Positions 10,210-21,200 of a DNA stretch of 46,640 nucleotides are shown here, one piece after another. Origin of the DNA: Octopus sinensis (taxonomy: Eukaryota); contig NW_021834436.1 of assembly GCF_006345805.1 (NCBI RefSeq), positions 1-46,640 on the forward strand, read 5' to 3'. The number at the start of each line of letters is the position of its first letter. Within the stretch, counting starts at the first letter, position 1. The notes beneath the pieces were generated by a model. It was not told the origin of the DNA. It did no database searches and saw nothing but the letters and a program-made list of their open reading frames with translations. The translations under genes and the position numbers were made by a program.

Positions 10210-10770
10210 CACGTTTAAATATTTTTGTGCAAGATTTTTTATGTGAAGTCGTGTGTTGAAACAGATATGTTATATTTCGGAATGGTCATTTTGCCAGTTT
10301 AGCCAATAAAAAACACACGCACTATATATTTGGTGTTATTTTGCTTCAGTGTTATTTATTTTTTACATTAATCTTAATCTTATTTCGGCCAGAGTTTTTC
10401 GTCACACTCCTGTGACCGCATCAGTGGTCTTGTTTTCTCCTCACTTATTGTGTCTCTCCTTACTAACCGTGAGCCATTTTGTATTTCTATTGCATGTCTT
10501 CATTTGGGCATGCTTATATCTCTATGTGCGTCTATGTTTATTTAGTGTGTGTATATGGGGGATGCCTGTAATATTTGTTTCTTCTGTTTATATATGTTCA
10601 TGTAATTTGTAATTTTATATGTTATGTAATTTGTATTTGTTTTTGTTGTTTATTGTTTATTCTTATTTTGTTCAGTGTTTACATCCACTTATTATTATCA
10701 TTACATATGCTTGTATGTATGTATAACAACAATGCTAATAATATTAAATCGAATCGAAAAAAATATATAT
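10210..10770 (-). mobile_element. (TA)n-flanked hammerhead-bearing element (family C)
   Basis: Contains the motif at 10387-10429, with 182 nt from the predicted cleavage site to (TA)n. A second copy is at 3632-3800. The upstream boundary (10770) is approximate. Confidence 0.65.
10387..10429 (-). ncRNA. Hammerhead-like motif (A9->C, extra G, rudimentary stem III)
   Basis: Minus strand: GACCA-CUGAUGC-G-GUCACA-ggag-UGUGAC-GAAA-AAC-UC^UGGCC. Perfect 6-bp stem II, stem I 4/5. Predicted cleavage 10392/10391 equals the boundary of the 3632-3800 copy. Confidence 0.65.
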
Positions 10771-10918
10771 AATATAGGTAAATATATATATATATATAAA
10801 ATATATATGTAAATATATATAATATATATATATATATTATATATATATATTATATATATTATATATATATATATATATGTAAATAATAATATATATTATA
10901 TATATATATATATTATAT
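10765..10918. repeat. (TA)n array
   Basis: Seen directly. Confidence 0.95.
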
Positions 10919-11019
10919 GTGTGTGTGTGTGGTTTATGTGTGTGTATAAAGAGAGAGAAAGAGAGAGAGGCTGCTTTGTCGTATACAAGCAAAGCCATTT
11001 CTAGAAAGAATCATTGAAC

Positions 11020-11522
11020 TGAGTCACTGTTGATGTAATGTGAGTCCCTTATATGACACTTGGGCCCAGCCAAAGATTTGCGCATTTATTGCATAATGCA
11101 CAGTTGTACAGGCTGGCAGAAGGAATTGGTACCACAGTATGAAGTTTTTGACGTGTCTTTTTAATCCTCCAACTGCACGGTATAAATTTCCACAGGCTGC
11201 ACATGTTTCTATTGTGAGCAATGGCTATGTCATAATTTACAAAGGGTCGACTCCTGTGTCTTTTCTGATGGCTGACCAGGCGTGCATGAATCAAGTATTT
11301 CCACCAACAAATAACACATGTGAAAACCAACACTTCTTCATTTTCTATTGGCTCATTCATTCTAAGCCTGCTGTTGATCTTGGCCTGCTTCATTCTCTCT
11401 CTTTCAATCTTTGAACGCAACCACTACACTTTTGTCCTCCATGCTTTTCGGTCTTGTGTTCAACTGAAATTCCCGTCTTTGTCATAGCAGTATTAAGACA
11501 GTCTTTGAAATTCATTTTGAGC
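11020..11522 (-). mobile_element. RTE-clade LINE 3' remnant with C-terminal zinc-finger-like motifs
   Basis: FKDCLNTAMTKTGIS...ERERMKQAK...CVICWWKYLIHARLVSHQKRH, then CAACGNLYRAVGGLKRH and CALCNKC in adjacent frames. Confidence 0.75.
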
Positions 11523-11524
11523 TT

Positions 11525-11750
11525 ATGTGTATGTATGTATTTATGTATGTATGTATGTATGTATGTATGTATGTATGTATGTATGTATGTATGTATGTAT
11601 GTATGTATGCATGCATGCATGCATGTATGTATGTATGTATGTATGTATGTATGTATGTATGTATGTATGTATGCATGTATGTATGTATGTATGTATGTAT
11701 GTATGTATGTATGTATGTATGTATGTATGTACGTACGTATGTATGTATGT
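11525..11750. repeat. (TATG)n microsatellite
   Basis: Seen directly. Confidence 0.97.
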
Positions 11751-11769
11751 CTACACACACATATATATA

Positions 11770-12007
11770 TAGCGTGTTCAAAACGTCTCTCCGCAGTAAG
11801 TATTTAATGGTTTTCGAGCGATTCTGTATTCTTGTATACGGACCTTTTACTTGCTCCAGAAAAAAAAGTTTCGTGGTGTTAAATAAGATACTGTTGGTGG
11901 CCAAAGCCCGTTCGAAATAATCCGCACACAAAAGACTCTTGAAGCCGCACCATGTTGATGCGCAGGATGAAAAAGATTCGCTTCGGAGAGAAGTTTTGAA
12001 CACCCTG
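11770..12007. mobile_element. 238-bp Tc1/mariner-type MITE
   Basis: TA|TAGCGTGTTCAAAACGTCTCTCCG versus CGGAGAGAAGTTTTGAACACCCTG|TA: 21/24 TIR match, with TA on both sides and no ORF. Confidence 0.85.
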
Positions 12008-12019
12008 TATATATATATC

Positions 12020-12432
12020 TTTTACTCTTTTACTCTTTACTTGTTTCAGTCATTTGACTGCGACCATGCTGGAGCACCGCCTTTTAGTCGAGCAACTCGA
12101 CCCCAGGACTTATTCTTTGTAAGCCTAGTACTTATCCTATCGGTCTCTTTTACCGAACCGCTAAGTGACGGGGACGTAAACACACCAGCATCGGTTGTCA
12201 AGCGATGTTGGGGAGACAAACACAGACACAAACACACATACACACATATATAACATATATATATACGACGGGCTCCTTTCAGTTTCCGTCTACCAAATCC
12301 ACTCACAAGGCTTTGGTCGGCCCGAGGCTATATAGCAGAAGACACTTGCCCAAGGTGCCACGCAGTGGGACTGGACCCGGAAGTGTGTGGTTGGTAAGTA
12401 AGCTACTTACCCCACAGCCACTCTTGTGCCTA
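12020..12432 (-). mobile_element. Full-length tRNA-derived SINE (octopus OR-type / CORE-like by recollection)
   Basis: tRNA-like head, CCTTGGGCAAGTGTCTT core, internal (TA/TG)n, 3' GGTGCTCCAGCATGGTCGCAGTCAAATGACTGAAACAAG and AAAGAGT tail. Multiple copies in this window. Confidence 0.9.
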
Positions 12433-12443
12433 TATATATATAT

Positions 12444-12508
<65 letters not shown>

Positions 12509-12569
12509 GCATATGTATATACATATATATACATATATGCATATGTATGTACGTATGTATGTATATGTT

Positions 12570-12765
12570 TGTGTGCTTGTGTTTGTCCCCCACCATCGCT
12601 TGACAACCGATGTTTGTGTGTTTACATCTCCGTAAGTTAGCAGTTTGGCAAAAGAGTAAGAAAGAATAAGTACTAGGCTTACAAAGAATAATCCTTCAGT
12701 CAATTTGTCCGATTAAAGCATGGGCGCAGTCAAATGACTGATACAAATAAAAGAACAAAAGAATA
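12570..12765 (+). mobile_element. 3' half of the same SINE family
   Basis: CATCGCTTGACAACCGATG...TACTAGGCTTACAAAGAATAA...GCAGTCAAATGACTGA...AAAAGAA tail. Confidence 0.85.
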
Positions 12766-12860
12766 TATATGTGTGGTGTGTGTGTGTGTGTGTGTATGTG
12801 TGTGTGTATGTGTGTGTGCATGCCTGTTTACATTATATATATATGTATATTAAAATATAA

Positions 12861-13027
12861 CATCGGCTCCAGCTCGTATCCGAGCATTGGGTTCATCAGT
12901 TTCTATCCAGTTTCCTCGGTTGATGTTTGTGCCGAAAGTGACTTTGGAGTCCAAGTCGTTGGTGAAAGAGTCGTAGGCAGAACTTACACGGGATGGTCGT
13001 TGTAAGTCTAGGATGTTGAAGACACTC
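12861..13027 (-). mobile_element. RTE-clade LINE extreme 3' end
   Basis: Minus-frame IPCKFCLRLFHQRLGLQSHFRHKH (C2H2-like motif typical of RTE C-termini), then a stop and a short 3' UTR. Confidence 0.75.
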
Positions 13028-13364
13028 CTTACTTCCCATCCACATGGTTCCGGGTTCAGTCTACTGCGTGGCACCTTGACTAATTCTTCTACTTTAACCT
13101 CGGCCGACCAAAGCCTTGTGAGTGAATTTGGTTGACAGGAACTGAAAGAAACCCGTCGTATATATGTGTGTGTGCATGTGCGCGCGCGCGTGTGTATACA
13201 TACGTATGTTTACATCTCCATAACTTAGCGGTGTGGTAAACGAACCGCTAAAATAAGTAGTAGGCTTACAAGAATAAATCCTGCGGTTGAATTCTGCGAA
13301 TAAAAAAGGTGGCACTCCATCATGGCCGCAGTCAAATGACTGAATCAAATAAAAGAACAAAAAA
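13028..13364 (+). mobile_element. 5'-clipped copy of the same SINE family
   Basis: GGTTCCGGGTTCAGTCTACTGCGTGGCACCTTG...CATGGCCGCAGTCAAATGACTGAATCAAATAAAAGAAC. Confidence 0.88.
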
Positions 13365-13369
13365 TGTGT

Positions 13370-14500
13370 TTTACATATATAACCTGGATATTCTTAGAAA
13401 AGAAATAAAGAAGCTAACAATAGGCTTATAGGGACGATGACCCGGGAATATCACGCAATCAAAACAGACGTGATATGGATAGACTAAGGAAAAATTATGC
13501 AAAATTAGCACCGACCTTAAAGAAGTCAACTACCTAGATATCAACACGAACCTTAGCACAGACAAATTTAAACCCTACCATAAACCAAATGAGGAAGCAT
13601 CGTACACAGACATAGGTTCCAACCACCTAGTAGCAATTAAACAAATAGATAACAACATTAGCAGGTGCGTCTCCAATTTATCCGCCGATAAAGACACCTT
13701 TGAAAAAGCTGTCCCATAATATAAGGCTGCATTTAAAAGGCCCAACTCCAAGATTAGCATAATCTACACCGAATCAAATACAGATAGACCAAAATTACGC
13801 AAACATAGGAAAATCTCCTGGATTAACCCAACTTATAGCATAAATGTAGCCACTAAAATAGCTAGAAAATTCTTAAAATTAAGAGACAACTGCTTCGCAT
13901 GTTCACAAAAATACCACAAGATCTTCAACAGAAACACTGTTAAAGATAGCTATAGGTGCCTCCCCAATATTGGGTCAATAATACTCAACCGCAATAAAAA
14001 TAAACAAACCAGAAACACCCCGAAAGACAATGCAACTTCAGATTGCCAAACTGCTGCCTTCTAAGCAACAACTGTCTCGAAAAAGAACTTGTATACAAAG
14101 TCAAAAATAGTATCCAAGACGTATATCGGAATGACGGGCAGCTCATTCAAGGAAGAGTACACACAACACCTAGCTTCATTCAGAGACGAAAATTTAAAAA
14201 AATACACGCAACGTACCTATCCAATATGATATGGACATTGAAAGAAGGTGGACTAAGTAATCTCCAGATAAAATGAAACATCATTGCTAAAGCTAGAAAA
14301 TACAGAGGACGGGGTACCTTATATGAACTCCGTATCACTGTAAAACTAAATATCATACAGTCGACAAATAATACCCTAGACATTAGGGATGAAATCTTTC
14401 CCTGTATACACAAGCAATATTTCACATTTAAACACTTCAAAGAGGAACCACCACCTGCTCCGCTAATCCAACCAGATATCCCTTTTCCTGAACGCCAAAT
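13370..14500 (+). pseudogene. Penelope-like element ORF remnant: RT C-half plus GIY-YIG endonuclease
   Basis: YRDD at 13427-13438; VNYLDI...FKPYHKPN...SNH; KISWINPTYSINVATKIARKFL...HKIFNRNTVKDSYRCLPN; CCLLSNNCLEKELVYK; TYIGMTGSSFKEEY...H..SF; YLSNMIWTLKE. Many frameshifts and stops. Confidence 0.92.
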
Positions 14501-15492
14501 TTGAATACACATAGCACACAAATCCAAACACAGAAGAAATATATCCCCATGATGAACTACCTCAGCACACAAGCATACGACTATAATATACGCCAAGAAT
14601 ATAAGATAATGCAAAAAATTTACCATGCAGCATAACTGTTGCCCAAAAGTCAAATCCAAGGGATATTACCACTCAAAAGATGTCATCCAAGAGTAGCGCT
14701 CTTTGATTTAATGTTTTCTTAACGAAAATCTCAGCGAATTGTACGAGACTTTGTGTTTTTATTCAAATTAGAGAACGGCTTGAAAAGTTGTTAAGATATT
14801 AAGATATTTTTCTTAACATGAACCAAATACTAGCCTTAATATAGAAATAATGAAATTCTAACCACCAATGCGGGTTGAGCACTCATTTTCATCGTTCGAT
14901 ATTACGTACACACACACGCGCGCGCGGCGCGCACACCACACACACACACACACACATGAACAAACACATACATTCATTCATACATACATACATACTCACT
15001 CGTTGCGTATATATAGAAATTCACGGTTATTTGAAATTCTAATGTGATTTTAAGTTTATGCGGGACCACGAAGTATATGGGCTCTTTTGAAGTATTAGTT
15101 TTTCCGAAACACCTAACTCTTTTGATGCTGTAAAACTTGACATAGGTAGTGCTGAGTAAGTAGTTATAAGTGAGCACATCTTTGAAAACTATATTCTTTG
15201 TTATACATTTTTTGCCGCTTTTATTATGAAAGTTGCTATCGATAAATTTTCACCCTGCGTTAAGAAATAAACAACCTTAACTACAGACTGAATTTGAAAG
15301 CACTCAATAATATTATTATGCTACTGTACAACTACCTTTGTAAAGATTTAACAAAACTTAATATATTATATCTTAATTTTCATATCAGGGGAAACATTCG
15401 TATTGGTTATATTTGAACCCATGATCTTCGTGAACAAAATATAGCAGGGGCCACTGAAACGGGATTCTAAAAAGCAAATCGATAGTAATATT

Positions 15493-15630
15493 GGCGAAGC
15501 CATGGTTGAGTGCTTAAAGACTCCGCTTCGAAACCATGTAGTCCTGGGTTGGATCCTGCCTCATAATACCTTGAGCAAAGGTCTTCTATTAGAGCTTAAC
15601 GTCTTGAGTGAAATTTGTAGAATAAAATAT
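15493..15630 (+). mobile_element. Degenerate tRNA-derived SINE head
   Basis: GGCGAAGCCATGGTTGAGTGCTTAA...CCTGGGTTGGATCCTG...ACCTTGAGCAAAGGTCTTCT. Confidence 0.55.
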
Positions 15631-15771
15631 GTATAGAACCCTGTATGTTTGTGCATGCGTGACCCGGCTCACGCACGCACAAAGACACACATATACACAA
15701 ACACACATAAACACACATATACATACGCGAACATGCGCGCGCACACGCTCACGCACGTTTCTTCTTATGTC

Positions 15772-15905
15772 TGAGTTCAAATCCTGCCGAGGTTAACTTT
15801 GCCTTTCATCCCTCCCATGTCGATACATTAAAACGTAATATTGGTGACTATTTAACTGGCCGTGTCTCTACCTCAAATCCCACACCTTGTGCCTGTATTA
15901 GATAT
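15772..15905 (+). mobile_element. Second SINE family fragment
   Basis: GAGTTCAAATCCTGCCGAGGTTAACTTTGCCTTTCATCC; the inverse of this motif recurs at 24945-25075, 29180-29305 and 33080-33330. Confidence 0.7.
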
Positions 15906-16324
15906 AAGTATGTATATGTACATATACACATACACACAGACAGACAGACAGACACACACACATACACACACACATACACACACACACACACACACAGAAA
16001 CATACACACACAGAAACATACACACTACAAAGCACTAAGTTTGAAATATAGTACTCCCTCGTGTGTAAATATATTAAAATTGCTATTGAGAGTTGCTTCT
16101 GAAAGCTAATCACAGTCTTATAGCTACCTTTGACCATAATTAAAGAACTGCACTATCAAGTAATTGATTACTATTAAGTAAATATTTAATTATCCTAATT
16201 TTTATACATAATTATGTACAAAATTTTGTCATTTGACCTGGTATTGTTTGTTTTCTTTTAATAACTCTGAGAGGTTAACCTTTCTTTGTGAGGAGCCGTT
16301 GTTACACGCGCATTTGTTTGTGGA

Positions 16325-16435
16325 TGTGCGTGGGCTGGTAGTTAGCATGTTGGGCTGAAGGTCAGAAAGTTGTGGGTTAAGTTCATTGACCGGGTGGCAC
16401 GTTCGTGCCCTTCAGCAAGACAATTCATTTCATGT
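16325..16435 (+). mobile_element. Degenerate tRNA-derived SINE head
   Basis: GGGCTGGTAGTTAGCATG...GTTGTGGGTTAAGTTC...GTGCCCTTCAGCAAGACA. Confidence 0.45.
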
Positions 16436-17239
16436 AAATGAATATCAGCCTAGTGATAGCTGCTGCTGCTGGTTCTCTTCTGTCTCCTTCCATCTGTCGC
16501 ATCATTGTTGAAAGGTGGCAATGCTTCAGTGGTGGTGGTGGTGATGGGGTGCCTATGTCTGGTATCCACTAACATAAGCACCTAAAATAATTAGCGAAAG
16601 CATGTTGCGAATGACGGCAATGGGTGGCGATGGAATGTTTGAGCAAACTCGGGATAATGAAACTCGCGCACCTGACTTCCAAGAGAATATATCAATTATG
16701 TTGTTTTTGTTTTTTTAATTTTTTTTTATTTGTGAGAGTGTGGCGAGTAAAACACATCGTTCTTAATTAGAACTGGCTTTCGGAGGCAGCAAAACATGAA
16801 ATTAAATATTGTGGCTGTAGAACGTTGTCACCAAACTTTTGATGCTGAAATACTCTTCTCAGTTTCAACGGTTATAAGTTGTTATCACTGTTAACCACAA
16901 TAAGCTACGAAGTTATATTAATGGTACATGTTTAGTGATAAAAAAAAAAAGCAAACAAACATCATTTTTAAAATGACTAATTCTAATCCACAAAGGTGGG
17001 AAGACAACCTCAGTAGATTGAATTGATTTACAAAGATCGATAGTCATCACTATTAATTATTTTTACATACTTGTCTAAATAATAAATAGAAGCAGTAACA
17101 TATGGAATATTCATAATTCTTGAATGGAATATATTCAAAACTTCCAAGGGTAAATATATTAACTGGAGATTCAAAAGTAAATTTGAATTTAAACTTCATT
17201 TTAAATTAAACTGAGCTGAGTATTACAGGGATGCCCTGG

Positions 17240-18075
17240 TTTATAGTAGGTATTACTGGTCTGGTTCATAGAAGTGTAGGTGTGGTACATCGTAGTATTT
17301 TTAGCATTATAAGGTGTATGGTAATACTAGGGGTGGTTTAAGTTCGTATTGTGTGTGCTGTATGGTAGCATTGTTTCACTATATTTGACACAAATAATAT
17401 AACCAAACGCTACACCAGCACTATTATACGTAACTACCATACACTGCAACTCGTCGCTATATAACTATCATACACAATACACCCAGACGACTATAGGTCA
17501 CACAGCAATAATACCATATATCACACATCTAGAAAATTTTAAATATATACACTGCAGCAACACTGCCGTAACCCAAATATCAACACCGTCATACACCCAA
17601 CCAGTATACACAACACACCAACATACACCATACATTAGCACTACCACAAGCAACACCAACACTGCCATGCAATACACACCAATACTAACCATCAACATTA
17701 CCATACATTATACCATACCATACGTTGTACTACGTTAAATTGTTGGTGCTGTGATAGTAGTATTCGCTGTGTTGCATTACGTTTAGTTGTATCCTGGCTG
17801 TACTGCAATGTATGGTTCTATGAATGTGTTGTGTTGTACTGTTGTTGTTGTTCTGCTTGTGGTGATATGATTGCGCTGCTTTGTGTTGTAGGTGTGTTAC
17901 ACAGTGTAGCGTCTTTCTATGTGTATTGGGTGACTGTTGTCGCATATTGTAGCGTTGCATGTTGATGTCGTAGTGTGTAAAGATTTGAGCTGTTTCTTGT
18001 TTTGTGTGGAAGCGTTGTTAGGTAGTGCTGGTGCGCTAACTATAATCTTAGTAGTGTCGTGGTGTTGTGAATTAG
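17240..18075. repeat. Decayed pentamer-like simple repeat with two strand-polarity switches
   Basis: GT-rich to about 17385, CA-rich (CCATA/CACCA/CAACA) to about 17722, then GT-rich (TGTGT/TGTTG). Confidence 0.6.
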
Positions 18076-18539
18076 GATAGTTCAAAATATGGAAATATTA
18101 CTCAATTGTATTATATTAATATGCTACCGAATATTGCTATTTTAGCTATTTTTGTTTCTTTTCACTATGGTTATCATTTTTTTCTTTTCTTTTGAATGAT
18201 TCATTATTTCGTATGCATATTGAACCGTCTTATACCTGACTAATGCATGATATTTAGACATCTCATAAAAATACTTTCTCTCTTATTCCCTTTAGTCAAT
18301 TATTATGAAAAATATTAATAATAATAAAAAAAATAGCAAAAGCAGAAAATAATGAAAACAAAGCAAAACAAAATTTCGGTAACTTTTGTTATTTTCATTT
18401 AGATTTAAAATAGATGTTAATGTTATTATTTTCTTATTTATTTATCTATTTATTATATTATTGTATATATATTTTTCCTATTTTGCCACATCAGAATTTT
18501 CGCTATTACAATCAATATGACTTGCTGTTTGCTGTCTAA

Positions 18540-18544
18540 GCTCT

Positions 18545-18612
<68 letters not shown>
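18540..18612. repeat. (CT)n microsatellite
   Basis: Seen directly. Confidence 0.95.
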
Positions 18613-18622
<10 letters not shown>

Positions 18623-18699
18623 TTTTTTTTGTGGAGTGGGGAGATGCATATCTTTTGACGTGAGTTTTCAGCTTTGAGATTTATGTTTGCAGAAATAAG

Positions 18700-18815
18700 A
18701 ACCGTCGTTGCAAAAGATGTAGCGATATAGGAAGACAAAAAAAAATGTATTACGTCATAAGTTAAAGAAAGACAAGGTGAATACTTTGAAGTTTTTGCAA
18801 TATCTTCACCATGTG
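18700..18815 (+). mobile_element. Possible piggyBac-like Cys-rich C-terminal remnant
   Basis: RRCKRC at 18703-18720, followed after frameshifts by a degenerate C-F-x-I-F-H-like stretch; weak. Confidence 0.2.
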
Positions 18816-18856
18816 CAATTTTTATTTTTCAAATTTTTTTAATTTATTTTATTATC

Positions 18857-18907
<51 letters not shown>

Positions 18908-19139
18908 ATATATTATATATAATACAGGCTGAAATGATTTATTTTCGCAGCCAGCAGATATAAGATATAAAATAGAAAATTAAAATAATAAATATAAAAT
19001 GTTATTTGTTAAAATATATCCTTATGGTGTTGTGTCAATAAAAGTAGTATCGTTATAGTTACCAGTTCTTCAACTTCTATATCAAGGAACATTTAAGTCG
19101 AAAATGAAAGTGAAAGTAAATTTAATGAAGTATTGTTAC

Positions 19140-19240
19140 TGTTCCTTTTTCATAATTATATTATTATATTATTGAAATCCTTATCATTATTTATTATTAT
19201 TACTATTATTATTATATTATTATTATTATTATTATTATTA

Positions 19241-19293
<53 letters not shown>
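19140..19293. repeat. (TTA)n microsatellite
   Basis: Seen directly. Confidence 0.93.
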
Positions 19294-19296
<3 letters not shown>

Positions 19297-20649
19297 CTGT
19301 TGTTGTTCTTGAAGGTTATTTTTTTATTCTTCAGCAGTATCTTGTAAGAAAATTTACCACCCTTTCCCCCTCTTAAGTAATATTCTCTGTTTTTAACAGG
19401 CAATAAGAGGCAAGATTCTTGTCTGGCGTGGATTATAATACATTAAAGCTACTCCATTTTATTATTTTATTTTATTCTATTTTATTTCACTTATTTAATT
19501 TTTTAGCAACGAAAAGAGGTAATCGATCCCTGAACTCATATATCTGAGGAAACCAGAGTAAACACTGATTTACTGGCTACTTACACAAACTCTGTTTCAT
19601 TTATATAATTGGCATTCAATTTCTAAACATCTTCGTTCTTCATTCCCGTGAGTTTGTGAGTGCCACATGATGAAATCCATCGAATAGCACAGGCACTGTC
19701 AAAATGGTGGAGCTCAGCACTTGGGACATGCTTGAAGGGATTTCGTCTTACCATCTCAAGCGGATTGGTAGTTATTTTTATAACGTCGCTTCTTGCAATG
19801 TTGAACTGGTTTAACATTTCAGGTATAAAAGTCTTATATTTTGGAAAAAGAAAATAACCACATAATGAAAGCAAAGAAATACAACGCCGAGAAATTCGTC
19901 CGTCGGCCTTCAAGGCATCTTACAGGTCATACAGGTGGGGATTAATACGATGGAAACACACTCGCTTCATTGAAACACAGAAACTGCAGCACGACGGCAT
20001 ATACATTGACTTGCCACACGCTCAACAATGCTTACTCCACATTTCTATAAAAAGAACTCAATTTCGTTCAGTCTGCTAATTTGTTTTTCTCGTATTTTTG
20101 TTTTGATAACCAACGAATCAGCAGTTTCTACCTTTCTTTCTGTTCATTGACCAAGGAAAATGAAATGTGAAAGAAACTTGTATATTTTTATCCATAAACA
20201 TCTAAATAAATCATTATTTGCTGTGAGATATAACTGACGTTAATCTGCTTGCTATCTTTTATGAAATTCAGAACCAAACTTTTTATAGTTTGAAGCCAAA
20301 CTTAAAGAAGACAAAGAAAATAACATTTTTACTGTTTTTCGTTTTCTGTTATTGAACAACACACACGAATGTGACGTGTGGCGTATGTGTGTGTGTTATA
20401 TACATATATGGGTGTTGGGTGGTTATATGTGAGTGTGTTATATGTGTGTGAGTGCGCGTGTGTATGTGTGTGTGTATATTTAAACAAAAAAATGAGTTAA
20501 GAGAAATTACTCAGATTGGGAGAGGCATGTATTTGAACATCATAAATTATTGATTTATGAACATTGTCTCTGCCTCTAGAAGATTCGTTACAATTATCAA
20601 AAGGCGATTAAGACCAATTCTATAAGAGAAAGTGGGAAAGAATTCTCCA

Positions 20650-21200
20650 AGGCTGAAATCTTTGGAGTGACACAAAAATAAGTCAGAAACTCAACGAAAC
20701 CAGGTTTATCACTCACCCTCCCTACAATGTATCGTATGCAAAGGAGGCTTTCGAGGACAGACCTTTCGGTAACTGCAAAAGGAAGAACTCTCTATAGTAT
20801 ACTATAGAAAACAGGTATTAATCTTTTTACAATTATTATGTCCCAAGTTTTAAATCTGCATTTAGTAAAATCAAGGACCAGAATTGTCCAAAATGTTCCT
20901 TCGCGCCTTCCTTAGCAGTGCCATAAGAGCCCGCTTAATACGAATGAGAAATTTTCTACTCTGCTGTCAGTTATGATAAATGTCTGTCACGAGAGGAGCG
21001 AATAAGTTTGACATGTATCCATTAATGTCACAGAACAAACGAACAGAATCACACCTGGCAGAGCATACCTCAGTGCTTCGTAACACATCATACTTCGGCC
21101 GACTTATAGGTAGAGAATAAAGTTCATCGTCTTCAGCCCGCCCTCTACGCCCAAACAATCAGACAAACTGCGGCAGAAAAATCGCACATCAAATGAAATA
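20650..21200 (-). mobile_element. Tx1/L1-clade LINE RT remnant (may extend to about 22300)
   Basis: LFAPLVTDIYHN; ALLRK...DN..(RP)LILLNADLKL (20845-20874, cf. RPITLLNxDYK); AVTERSVLESLLCIRYIVGRVSDKPG (cf. GRSIxDNLxLxR). Confidence 0.6.

Noticed and set aside
12850-13074. 74-aa minus-strand ORF that looked exon-like
   Set aside because: Another frame gives the RTE C2H2 terminus, and the ORF's 5' part is SINE sequence.
19623-19913. 96-aa minus-strand ORF with a strong internal donor-like site (GAGATG|GTAAGA); overlapping plus ORF with a hydrophobic stretch
   Set aside because: No good acceptor gives an open exon, and there is no recognisable domain. It may be a decayed continuation of the Tx1 element; tBLASTn or RNA-seq would be needed.
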